From Dehalococcoidia bacterium (lineage in GTDB: Bacteria > Chloroflexota > Dehalococcoidia > UBA2979), in contig OZ244720.1 of NCBI GenBank assembly GCA_965219085.1, forward strand, positions 2,624,001 through 2,688,000: a stretch of 64,000 nt of DNA, in the 5' to 3' direction. The notes beneath the pieces are model-generated. The model had not been told where the DNA came from, searched no databases, and saw only the letters and a list, made by a program, of their open reading frames with translations. Positions 7,574 to 16,368 of the stretch are shown piece after piece (within the stretch, counting starts at the first letter, position 1; each line of letters begins with the position of its first letter). A program made the position numbers and the translations under genes.

Positions 7574-9874
7574 ATGAGACCACTACTCGAACTCACGAAG
7601 CGCGCGGCGGCGGCCCTGCCAGGCGGGGCCGCCGCCGCGCGGGCGCCCGGAGCCGCCCGCGAGGCCACCTCGCCAGCGACCGAGACCGAAGCGGCCGTTC
7701 CGAAGCTCCCGCCCGGGCTGCCGGTCGCCTTCATGCTCTCCCACCTCGAGGAGGACGGGCCGGTGCGCCTCGATGGCGTCAAGCTCGGCGTCTGCGAGGT
7801 GCTCGGACTCGAGCTGGACGAGCCGAAGCTGGGGGCCTTCGCCGGCGCGCTCAACGCCTGCGACTTCCCGCTCCAACTGCTCGTGCGCCAGCACCCGCCC
7901 GGCCTCGGGAAGCTCCGCGAGGACCTCGAGGAGTCACAGCCGGAGGATCTGCCCCCGCGGACGGAGGCTGCCGCGGGCTCGCTGCGGCGGCTGCTCGCCG
8001 AGCTGGAGCGCCGCGACGGCATCCTCGACCGCCGCTTCTACGCCGTCTGCGAGTTCGAGCGGATTGGCGAGCTGCGGGGCCTGCTGGCGCGGGCCGGACT
8101 CTCCGTCCACCCGCTCGAGGGCCGCCAGTTGCGCATGCTGCTGCTGGCGTCGGCGCTCGGCGGCTCGCCCCGCGAGATCGACGAGGACACGCCCACCGAC
8201 GTCACGGTCAACCGCCGTGACATCCGCATCGGCGATCGCCTCGTGCGCTCCCTGCATCTCGGCAAGTGGCCGCGCTCGCTCTCCCCCGGCTTCCTCCAGA
8301 ACCTGATGTCCACGGGCGCGCCCATGGACCTCTCCCTCCACCTCGGCCCGATCCCCGCCGCGCAGGCAGCGCGCACGCTGGAGTGGCAGAAGGTGCGCTT
8401 CGAGTCGGCGCAGAGCCTCTCCTTCAAGCGGGGGCGCTCGATGTCGTCGGAGGCGGAGATCGCCCTCGAGGATGTGATGCGCCTCCGAGACGAGGTGCAG
8501 CGTGGCAGGGAGCGGCTCTTCCACGCGTCCCTCTCCGTCACGCTCCATGCTGACGACGAGGAGTCGCTCAAGGAGCTGACGCAGCGCGCGAAGGCGCACT
8601 TCGCGGCCTCGCTCGGCAAGCTCGACGCGCTTCCGTTCCGCCAGCGTGAGGGGCTGCTCTCGACGCTCCCGCTCGCGCTCAACGCCGTCGCCGTCTGGCG
8701 CACGCTCGACACCTCGTCGCTGGCGCGCCTGTACCCCTTCTCCCCGCCCGACCTCGACACCCGCGGCGGCAGCCTCTACGGCATCGACATGCGGGCCTCG
8801 TCGCCCGTCGTCTACGACCCCTGGGACGGCACCCACCTCAACGCCAACACGGCGGTGCTCGCGCGCTCGGGCTCGGGCAAGTCCTTCGCAACCAAGCTGG
8901 GCGTGCTGCGCGGCCTCTGCCGCGGTGTCACCGCCTACGTGATCGACCCCGAGGGCGAGTACGCCGACATGGCCCGCGCCGCGGGCGGACGCGTGCTCTC
9001 GCCGGGCGTCGCTGGCGAAGGGATGAACCCCTTCGTTATCGACTCGGGCGACCCCGAGGAGCTACTGCTGCGCATCGGCAGCCTCAGGCGGCTGATCGAG
9101 GTGATGATCGGGGAGTCCCTCGGCGCCGAGCGGCGCGCCGCCCTCGACCACGCCCTCGCCGCCTACTACGCACAGCCGCGCGAGCGCACCGGCTTCGGCG
9201 ACTTTTTCACGTTCCTGAAGGGCGACGAGGCCGACGGCGATCCCGGCCTCGCCAGGCTGCTGCGCCCCTTCGCCACGGGCAGCCTGCGCCACCTGCTCAC
9301 CGACGAGGGTGACGACCTGCTCACCAACGAGGCGCTGGTGACGGTCTTCGACCTGCGGCTGCTGGAGCCGGAGCTGCGCCCCGCCGCGGCGATGGTCTGC
9401 ACCGAGACGGTCTGGGCCGCTGCCGCGCGCGACCCGAAGCCCCGGCTGCTCGTGGTCGACGAGGTGTGGTCGATCATGCAGCACCCCGAGGGCGCGGCCT
9501 TCATGGTCTCGATGGCGAAGCGGGCGCGGAAGCACCGCCTGGGTTTGCAGTTCATCACCCAGGATGTGCAGGACCTGCTCTCCGAGGACCCCTCGCGCGC
9601 CATCACCGGCCACAGCGGGCGCGCTCTGCTCCAGAACGCCGCCTTCAAGCTCCTGCTCCAGCAGGACGCCGCCGCCATCTCAACCGTCGGCGACGCCTTC
9701 GACCTCCCACAGGACCTGCAGCGCTGGCTGCTCTCGTGCCCTCGTGGTGACGGCCTCCTGCTCGCCCGAGGCAACCGCTTCCCGATCCGCATCGAGGCGA
9801 CGCCCGAGGAGGCGGAAGTGATCGAGTGGCGGCCGGGCTCGCACCACCGCAAGGGGGCTGCGGCCAGCGAGTGA
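7574..9874 (+). CDS. virB4: VirB4/TrsE-like conjugal transfer ATPase
   Basis: NANTAVLARSGSGKS Walker A, VIDPEGEY, LLVVDEVW Walker B, RARKHRLGLQFITQDV. Confidence 0.9.
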   Translation: MRPLLELTKRAAAALPGGAAAARAPGAAREATSPATETEAAVPKLPPGLPVAFMLSHLEEDGPVRLDGVKLGVCEVLGLELDEPKLGAFAGALNACDFPLQLLVRQHPPGLGKLREDLEESQPEDLPPRTEAAAGSLRRLLAELERRDGILDRRFYAVCEFERIGELRGLLARAGLSVHPLEGRQLRMLLLASALGGSPREIDEDTPTDVTVNRRDIRIGDRLVRSLHLGKWPRSLSPGFLQNLMSTGAPMDLSLHLGPIPAAQAARTLEWQKVRFESAQSLSFKRGRSMSSEAEIALEDVMRLRDEVQRGRERLFHASLSVTLHADDEESLKELTQRAKAHFAASLGKLDALPFRQREGLLSTLPLALNAVAVWRTLDTSSLARLYPFSPPDLDTRGGSLYGIDMRASSPVVYDPWDGTHLNANTAVLARSGSGKSFATKLGVLRGLCRGVTAYVIDPEGEYADMARAAGGRVLSPGVAGEGMNPFVIDSGDPEELLLRIGSLRRLIEVMIGESLGAERRAALDHALAAYYAQPRERTGFGDFFTFLKGDEADGDPGLARLLRPFATGSLRHLLTDEGDDLLTNEALVTVFDLRLLEPELRPAAAMVCTETVWAAAARDPKPRLLVVDEVWSIMQHPEGAAFMVSMAKRARKHRLGLQFITQDVQDLLSEDPSRAITGHSGRALLQNAAFKLLLQQDAAAISTVGDAFDLPQDLQRWLLSCPRGDGLLLARGNRFPIRIEATPEEAEVIEWRPGSHHRKGAAASE

Positions 9875-9932
9875 CGACCCCTCGGAACCATCAGCCCCAA
9901 CCAACACAGCAACCACGAAAGGGACCCCGGCC

Positions 9933-12539
9933 ATGCGATTCAATCCATTCAAGACCATCCCCAATCGCGAGCCCGTGCTGCTGGCGGTGACGCCGCCGCG
10001 CACGGGCGAGCGCACGCTGCTCGGCGTCGAGAACCTGCTCGGCTCGATCGCCGTGCCCGAGCCCTTTTCGCTCGAACTCGCGGGCGGCGCCGACGGCGTC
10101 ACCCTGCTGGCGCGCTGCCTCGGCGAGCAGGTCGTGCGCGGCCAGATCGCCGCCCACTATCCCCAGGCACGCATCCACCAGCTCCAGCCCGAAGAGGATC
10201 CGCTCCGGCTCCGCGGGGGCGAGCAGGCCTGGAGCATGACCCTGCGCCCGAGCGGACCCGAGTACCTGCCCCTGCGCCTCTTCCGCGACGACGACCTGCT
10301 CGACGCGGGCTCCGACCCGATCCTCGCCCTGCTCGGCGCGCTCTCCGACCTCGAGGAGGACGAGCGCGTCGTCGCGCGGCTGCGGCTGCGCTCGCTCGGT
10401 CCCGACTGGTCGCGGCAGCACCAGGTCAGGGCGCACGAGCGGCCCCAGCCGGAGCGGACCGACTCCTACCAGATCAGCGAGTCGCGCCGCCACCGCGTCG
10501 AGATCGCGGGGGTGGCCGTCCTCGGTGCCGCCGTCGCCGGCGCTGCCCAGGGCTACCGCTGGTGGCAGGCGGGCGAGCAGTGGAAGACGGTCGCGCTCGG
10601 GGCGGGCATCGCCCTCACGCTCGGTGTGGCCGGCTGGGCCTGGGCGCGCTGGCAGCGCGCCCGCAACCGCGTCGTCGACCCCCTCCTGGTCAAGGAGAAG
10701 GTCTCGCGCATCGCCTTCGAGGCGGAGATCGAGGCCGTCGCCGTGCTGCCCGCCGGCGGCACCGAGGAGCGCGCGCGCGACCTGCTCGAGCCGGTGGCGG
10801 CCGCCTACCGCCACTACGACCACCCCGCGGGCGCGCGCCTGCAGGCGGGCGAGGTGCAGCCGCTGATCCCGGACCCGGCGGCGCTGCATCCCTCCCCGCC
10901 CGGCCTCTTCCGGGGGCGCAGCGTGCTCGGCGTGCGCGAGGCGGCGGCGCTCTGGCATCCGCCCGGCGCCGGGGACGAGACGCCGCTCGTCTCCCGTTCC
11001 GGGGCGAAGGTGCTGCTCCCCACGGCGCGCAGCGTCAGGGGCGGGGCGCTCGTCGGCGAGACCACGGCGGGGAGCCCCCGCGAGATCCATTTCCCCGACG
11101 ACCTGCTGCGCCGCCATCACCTCTACGTGGCGCGCACGCGCATGGGCAAGTCGACGCTCATGCAGCACCTCGTTACCCACAGGCTGCGGGAGAAGGCGGC
11201 AGGGGTCGGCGGCGACGCGATCGTCGTCGTCGACCCCCACGCCGACCTCGTCGCCGGCATCCTCGAGCACGTCCCCGAGTCCCTGGTTGGCTCCGTGCGC
11301 CTCGTCGACCTCGCGGGCAGCGGCGGCTACCCCGGCATCAACCTGCTCGACACGCACGTCTTCGCCGACCGCGACCGCACCGCCGACTCGGTCGTGCGCG
11401 TCGCGCGGGGGCTCTGGGAGCAGTGGGGGCCGCGCATGCAGTCGATCCTCGAGCAGACGGTGAAGACGCTGCACGAAGCTAACGCCCACCCCGACACGGC
11501 GGCCGAGGAGCAGAGCACCATCCTCGATGGGCTGCGCCTCCTGTCCGACGACGGCTTCCGCAGCCACGTCCTGGAGCGGGTCTCCGACCCCTTCCTGCTC
11601 GACTGGTGGGCGCGAGACTTCGGTGGCTGGCGGCGCGAGTACCGCGCCGAGGCGCTGGCGCCGGTCCAGACGCGCCTCTCCTACTACGCCTCCTCGAAGC
11701 GGGCGCGAGCGATCCTCGGCCAGGCGCGGTCCACCATCGACCTGCGCCGCACCATCCTCGACGGGGGCGTGCTGCTCGTCTCCACCGCGCAGGGCACCGC
11801 CGGGCGCGACGTCGCCGCGCTCGTGGGCGCGTCGATCCTCAACCTCGTCGATGCCGTCATCCGCGAGCAGGGCGAGCTGCCCCCGGAGCGCAGGCGCGGC
11901 GCGCTCGTCGTCGTCGACGAGATGCAGTCGATGCCGGGCGTCGACTACGAGTCGATGCTCTCGGAGCTGGGCAAGTTCGGGGCCAGCTTCGTGCTCGCCA
12001 CGCAGAGCCTCGCCAAGCTCGCCGATCTCTCACCGACGATGCGCGACACGCTGCTCGCCAACGTGGGCTGTCTCGCCATCTTCCAGGTGGCCGGCTCCGA
12101 CGCGCGCCAGCTCGTCTGGGAGCTCGACCGCGACCGCGTCTCCGAGGAGGATGTCGTCTCCCTGCCCGCGCACCACTGCTACGTGCGCGCGACCGTGGGA
12201 ACGCAGCGCATGCCCGCCTTCTCCATGGAAGTGCGCAAGCCCGACGGAGGCGACCCGGGGCGGGCCTCCCGCATCCGCGCGGACGCGGCGTCCTACCTGC
12301 TGACGGAGGAGGAGATCGCCGCCCGCCAGGCGGAGGGCCGCCGTCGCGTGGAGCAGTGGCGCGAGGCCGGCGAGGCGCTTCGCAACGGCGATGGTTCCGG
12401 GCCGGACGCGGACGCTGCTCCGGGGGAGGGCTCCGATCCGGGCACGGGCGACACCTCCGGGGAAGCAGAGCGCGGGAAGCAGTCGCGCAGCAAGCACTTC
12501 CAGCCGCCCGGCCGCAACTCCGGGAAGGCTGAGCAGTGA
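9933..12539 (+). CDS. virD4: VirD4/TraD-like coupling protein
   Basis: 2 TMs, RHHLYVARTRMGKST, VVDPHADL, VVVDEMQ, LSELGKFGASFVLATQSLAKL. Confidence 0.85.
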   Translation: MRFNPFKTIPNREPVLLAVTPPRTGERTLLGVENLLGSIAVPEPFSLELAGGADGVTLLARCLGEQVVRGQIAAHYPQARIHQLQPEEDPLRLRGGEQAWSMTLRPSGPEYLPLRLFRDDDLLDAGSDPILALLGALSDLEEDERVVARLRLRSLGPDWSRQHQVRAHERPQPERTDSYQISESRRHRVEIAGVAVLGAAVAGAAQGYRWWQAGEQWKTVALGAGIALTLGVAGWAWARWQRARNRVVDPLLVKEKVSRIAFEAEIEAVAVLPAGGTEERARDLLEPVAAAYRHYDHPAGARLQAGEVQPLIPDPAALHPSPPGLFRGRSVLGVREAAALWHPPGAGDETPLVSRSGAKVLLPTARSVRGGALVGETTAGSPREIHFPDDLLRRHHLYVARTRMGKSTLMQHLVTHRLREKAAGVGGDAIVVVDPHADLVAGILEHVPESLVGSVRLVDLAGSGGYPGINLLDTHVFADRDRTADSVVRVARGLWEQWGPRMQSILEQTVKTLHEANAHPDTAAEEQSTILDGLRLLSDDGFRSHVLERVSDPFLLDWWARDFGGWRREYRAEALAPVQTRLSYYASSKRARAILGQARSTIDLRRTILDGGVLLVSTAQGTAGRDVAALVGASILNLVDAVIREQGELPPERRRGALVVVDEMQSMPGVDYESMLSELGKFGASFVLATQSLAKLADLSPTMRDTLLANVGCLAIFQVAGSDARQLVWELDRDRVSEEDVVSLPAHHCYVRATVGTQRMPAFSMEVRKPDGGDPGRASRIRADAASYLLTEEEIAARQAEGRRRVEQWREAGEALRNGDGSGPDADAAPGEGSDPGTGDTSGEAERGKQSRSKHFQPPGRNSGKAEQ

Positions 12540-14146
12540 GGCCGGAGCGCGACCTGCTGCGCCTGCTTGCGGAGATGCCCTTCCTCGACCGGCTGGAGGC
12601 GGCCGCCGTCTCCGGTTGGTCGCGGGGCGCGGTCTACGCCGCGGTGGCCAAGCTGGAGCGTGAGGGGATGGCCGCGGCCGTCCCCCACGCCTCGGAGTTC
12701 ATCGCCCCGACGCAGCGCTACTCCCTCACGGCAGCCGGGCTGCGGCGCCTCGCGGACGCCGAGGGGACCGCCGTGGAGCAGGTGCTGCGCTCGCGGCCGG
12801 TCTCGGGGCGCTCGCGGCGCATCCTGCTGGAGCGTCTCGACGGCGTGGCCGTCACCTACCGCCTCGCCTCGGCGATCGCCGACGCGGCCTGGCCGATCCG
12901 CCTGCGCTGGTACCGGGCGGCACCAATGGACGCCGCCATCGCGCTCCCCGGCGGGCGCACCCTCGCGATCGTCCGCCAGGGCCGCACGACCGAGCGCACG
13001 GCCTTCGCCAAGCGCCTCTGGCGGCTGCGCGAGGGGCCGCGCCCGGGCGCCTACCTGCTGCTTGCACCCGACGGTGTGCGCCTGCGCCGTCTCGCCCGCC
13101 TCATGGCGGAGGCGGGGACGGTCAGCTTCCTCGCGCTGGAGCGCGACGCGGCCGCGGCGCGTGCGGGCGCGCGCATCTGGCGCACTGCGTCCGGGTCGCC
13201 CGCGCTCTCGCTGGACGAAGCGCTCGCCCTCGTCGGGCCGGGCGGCGCCTGGCCCGGCGAGCAGCCGTTGGCGCGGGTCGCGTTGCCTTCCCCGCTGCCG
13301 GACACGGAGCACGGCGCGCTCCCGCTCTGGATGCTCCCCTCCGAGCTGACGCCCGTGGACAAGCGCGCCCTCGGCCTGCTCGCCGACTGGTCCTGGCTTG
13401 CCCGCGAGCCGCTGGGCGCGCTCCTCGGCGTGGGGCGCACGCGGCTGTCGGGCGTGCTCGGGCGGCTGGACGGGCTCGGCCTCGTCCGCGCCCCGCGCGA
13501 CGGCCGGCTCGCGCTCTCGGACCGCGGGCTGGCGCTGCTCGCGCGCCGCGACCGCGCCTCGGAGGGGGACGCGAGGCGGCGCTGGAGCGCGGCGCCGCTG
13601 GACCCGCGGGCGCCGCTCGCCTGGCGCAACGTCTCCGGCAGGCGCAGCCGCCAGCTCCTTCGCAACCTCGACCACACCGCGGCCGTGCACGGCTTCCTCG
13701 CGGCGCTGACGGCGCAGGCGCGTGAGCGCGGCTGGGAGGTGGCGCAGCTCGACCCGCCCCACCGCGCGTCGCGCTACTTCCGCCACGGCGGCGGCCTGCG
13801 CTCCGTCCACCCCGACGCCTTCGGTGTCCTCCGCCGCGGCGATGCCACACGGGCCTTCTTCCTCGAGTGGGAGCGCCGCGCCGTGCGGCCCTCCACGATG
13901 GCCGCCCGCCTCGCCCCCTACCTGCGCTACTACGCCTCGCAGCGCCCCACCGACGACCACGGCGTCCGCCCCGCCGTGCTGGTCGTCTTCGACGACGAAC
14001 TCGCCGCCCACCACTTCCTGCGCGTCGCGCGGAGGGAGCTGGACCGCGCCCGCGTCGAGTTGCCCCTGCGCGTCTCGCACCGCGCGCTCATCGAACGGGA
14101 AGGGCCGCTCGAGTGCCGCTGGCGCTCTCCCGCAGGCGGCTCCTGA
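12536..14146 (+). CDS. Replication-relaxation family protein (putative relaxase), tandem wHTH + PD-(D/E)XK domains
   Basis: LDHTAAVH...VHPDAFGVL...FFLEWER...RLAPYLRY..VLVVF; coupled to the coupling-protein gene. Confidence 0.8.
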   Translation: MRPERDLLRLLAEMPFLDRLEAAAVSGWSRGAVYAAVAKLEREGMAAAVPHASEFIAPTQRYSLTAAGLRRLADAEGTAVEQVLRSRPVSGRSRRILLERLDGVAVTYRLASAIADAAWPIRLRWYRAAPMDAAIALPGGRTLAIVRQGRTTERTAFAKRLWRLREGPRPGAYLLLAPDGVRLRRLARLMAEAGTVSFLALERDAAAARAGARIWRTASGSPALSLDEALALVGPGGAWPGEQPLARVALPSPLPDTEHGALPLWMLPSELTPVDKRALGLLADWSWLAREPLGALLGVGRTRLSGVLGRLDGLGLVRAPRDGRLALSDRGLALLARRDRASEGDARRRWSAAPLDPRAPLAWRNVSGRRSRQLLRNLDHTAAVHGFLAALTAQARERGWEVAQLDPPHRASRYFRHGGGLRSVHPDAFGVLRRGDATRAFFLEWERRAVRPSTMAARLAPYLRYYASQRPTDDHGVRPAVLVVFDDELAAHHFLRVARRELDRARVELPLRVSHRALIEREGPLECRWRSPAGGS

Positions 14147-14271
14147 CCACGCCCAGAGCGTTCCCGCTCGCCACCTGGCCGCACGGATCGACCGCCGCGC
14201 GCGGGGCCTCGGCGCACGCGGCCGGGCGGCCGGCGGCAGGGGGTTACGCTAGACGGGGCAGTGCATGGGTA

Positions 14272-14290
14272 AGAACTGGCGTTCTATGAT
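14272..14290 (+). promoter_or_regulatory. LexA (SOS) box abutting a TATGAT -10 element
   Basis: AGAAC-TGGC-GTTCT matches the GAAC-N4-GTTC box of Gram-positives and Dehalococcoides; TATGAT at 14285-14290. Confidence 0.75.
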
Positions 14291-14322
14291 GGATCGGGCG
14301 GGGCCGGCCGAGGAGCGCAGAC

Positions 14323-14691
14323 ATGACCGTCGACCACGGCTACCGCTGGAAGGAGTTCGGCGCCCGCATCCGCGCGGCCCGCGAGCGCGCCGGCTTCACG
14401 CAGAAGCGCCTCGGCGAGCTCGTCGGCGTGCGCGCGCACACCGTCTGGTGCTGGGAGGCGGGGCGGATGAAGCCCAACCACGCGAACCTCGCGGAAATCG
14501 CCTACCAGTGCGCGACGAGCGTGGCGCTGCTTGAGGGACGCGACGTGGTCGAGGCGGAGTTGCTGAGAGAAGCCGAAGTCTTGTTCCGCGACGCCGTCGC
14601 CGGCCTCCCCATGGAGGACATCGAGTCGATCCGCAACTACATCCGCTTCGTCAAGTCGGAGCGGCGCAGGCAACGCCGCGCCGGGAGCTGA
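14323..14691 (+). CDS. XRE-family HTH regulator
   Basis: FGARIRAARERAGFTQKRLGELVGV..HTVWCWEAGRMKP; GAGGAG RBS. Confidence 0.9.
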   Translation: MTVDHGYRWKEFGARIRAARERAGFTQKRLGELVGVRAHTVWCWEAGRMKPNHANLAEIAYQCATSVALLEGRDVVEAELLREAEVLFRDAVAGLPMEDIESIRNYIRFVKSERRRQRRAGS

Positions 14692-14722
14692 ACCGGGCGC
14701 AGCGGCGCGCGAGGGGCTGCCG

Positions 14723-15013
14723 CTACGCCGCCCGCCCGTCAGCCGCGGGCGGCGATTCCTCCTCCGAAGCCGATCCGGCGATGGCATGTCCCGCCGCCGT
14801 GAGGGTCACCGCGCGCGCCAGGCGGGGCGCACGCACGATCAGGCCCGCGCGCTCGCACGCGTCCAGCCAGTGCGCCACGTTGGAGGTGGAGGACAGCCCG
14901 GTCGCCGTCCTCAACTCGCGCACGCTCGGCGCATAGCCGTGCCTGGCCCGGTAGCGGGCGATCGCCCCGACCACCGCGCGCATCCGCTCCCGTCGCCGCC
15001 TCGAGGCGCTCAC
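14723..15013 (-). CDS. LexA DNA-binding-domain-only protein
   Basis: IARYRARHGYAPSVRELRTATGLSSTSNVAHWLDACERAGLIVRAPRLARAV; no C-terminal peptidase; GTGA overlap with upstream gene. Confidence 0.8.
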   Translation of the reverse strand: MSASRRRRERMRAVVGAIARYRARHGYAPSVRELRTATGLSSTSNVAHWLDACERAGLIVRAPRLARAVTLTAAGHAIAGSASEEESPPAADGRAA

Positions 15014-15393
15014 AGGGCGGCGCCCTTCGCGAGCGGCAGTGCCGCTCCCTGCCCGAACTCGCCGGGCGCGCCGCCGCGTACTGCCAGCTCCCACGAGCGG
15101 ACCAGACTCTCCGCTGGCGCCCCGGCCTCGTCGACGAGTAGCGCCGCGCCTGGCAGCAGGCAGGGCAGCAGGTTCCGTTCGAGGGCGAAGACGACCAGCG
15201 CGTAGAGATGGCCGGAATCGGGCGTCGTCCCGTTCCTCCAGCGCCGCAGCATGCGCGTGTCGACGCGCAGCGCGCGCGCCAGTCCCCGCCAGCTCAGCCC
15301 GGCCTCCCGCCGCAGGCGGTCGAGGCGCTCGGGGAAGTCCGGCGGAAAGCGTGACGGCTCAACGTGGTAGACGTGCTGCTGGCGGCGTCCCAT
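15010..15393 (-). CDS. XRE-like HTH protein
   Basis: FPERLDRLRREAGLSWRGLARALRVDTRMLRRWRNGTTP. Confidence 0.8.
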   Translation of the reverse strand: MGRRQQHVYHVEPSRFPPDFPERLDRLRREAGLSWRGLARALRVDTRMLRRWRNGTTPDSGHLYALVVFALERNLLPCLLPGAALLVDEAGAPAESLVRSWELAVRGGAPGEFGQGAALPLAKGAAL

Positions 15394-15686
15394 CAGCGCC
15401 TCCGCTCCGGGCGCACGACGATCAGCTCCTCGCCCAGCAGTGCGCCCAGGCCCCCGGGCACCCGCGTCGCGAGCCGCACCAGCGAGAGCATCGCCCCGCC
15501 GCCGGGCGAGGCGCCCTGCCGCCAGCGCCAGAGCTGGCGGGGGTCCACGCCCAGGCAGACCGCCATCCGCTCCCAGGGCAGCCCGGTCAGTTCCTTGATC
15601 GCCACGAGCCGCGCCGCGAAGTCCTCGGGCAGGAGCGCCACGCCGGGCAGGAAGGCCGTCTCGGGGGCCGTCGGCGCCCTACTCAT
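15393..15686 (-). CDS. XRE-like HTH protein, paralogue of neighbour
   Basis: FAARLVAIKELTGLPWERMAVCLGVDPRQLWRWRQGASP. Confidence 0.75.
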   Translation of the reverse strand: MSRAPTAPETAFLPGVALLPEDFAARLVAIKELTGLPWERMAVCLGVDPRQLWRWRQGASPGGGAMLSLVRLATRVPGGLGALLGEELIVVRPERRR

Positions 15687-15942
15687 CGGGCTCATCCTCG
15701 TCGGACTCATCGGGGTGCACCACGTAGAAGAGATCGTCGAAGCGCGCGTGCAGCACGCGCAGCATGCTCTCGCGCAGCCCGGCGGAGGCGCGCCGGCGCC
15801 CGTTCAGCACCAGCGAGATGTAGCCCGAGGAGCGGCCGACCGCTCGCGCGAAGCCGTTCTGCGTCAGGTTGAGGCGCACCATTCGCTCCCAGACGGCCTC
15901 GGCCCTGACCTCGACCGTGGGGCGGGCGACTCTACTCGGCAT
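15679..15942 (-). CDS. Cro/XRE-like HTH protein
   Basis: LNLTQNGFARAVGRSSGYISLVLNGRR; GGGGAGGG RBS. Confidence 0.8.
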   Translation of the reverse strand: MPSRVARPTVEVRAEAVWERMVRLNLTQNGFARAVGRSSGYISLVLNGRRRASAGLRESMLRVLHARFDDLFYVVHPDESDEDEPDE

Positions 15943-16138
15943 GCTCGCCCTCCCCGGCGGCCGCATCGCGGTCCGCTTCGTCGGACGGAAACGCGCCGTT
16001 GGGCCCCGTGCCGCCGCGGGCGGTCGAGGCGAGGTGGGCGCGCACGATCAGCCGCGCGAGGGCGCGCAGGCCGCGCAGCCGCTGCTCGTCCTGCTCCTTG
16101 GTGAGTTGCCGGGGGGTCGTCGTCCGGGGGGTTCGCAT
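15932..16138 (-). CDS. Small hypothetical protein
   Basis: LTKEQDEQRLRGLRALARLIVRAHL helix; first gene of the coupled leftward operon. Confidence 0.55.
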   Translation of the reverse strand: MRTPRTTTPRQLTKEQDEQRLRGLRALARLIVRAHLASTARGGTGPNGAFPSDEADRDAAAGEGEHAE

Positions 16139-16180
16139 CGTGGCATCCGCATGGCTGGTCTGGGGGAGTACCCCTGTGTA

Positions 16181-16194
16181 AGTACGTACGTTCT
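16181..16194 (-). promoter_or_regulatory. LexA-box-like site upstream of the HTH operon
   Basis: Minus strand AGAAC-GTAC-GTACT (one mismatch to GAAC-N4-GTTC). Confidence 0.6.
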
Positions 16195-16294
16195 GTTATC
16201 GTGACAATAGCAGCGAGGCAGGCGCGCCGACAACGAGATCCGAGCCTAATTCGGCCCGGATCTCCTAAATCGCTTGCTGCAATGTGACAGAAGG

Positions 16295-16308
16295 CGAACA
16301 ACTGTACG
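16295..16308 (+). promoter_or_regulatory. LexA-box-like site upstream of the integrase
   Basis: CGAAC-AACT-GTACG; TACCAT -10-like at 16320-16325. Confidence 0.55.
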
Positions 16309-16368
16309 CCTCGGCGCGCTACCATGTGACCAGCGAACACAGACTCCCCGCCTGTCAGGAAGCGACCG

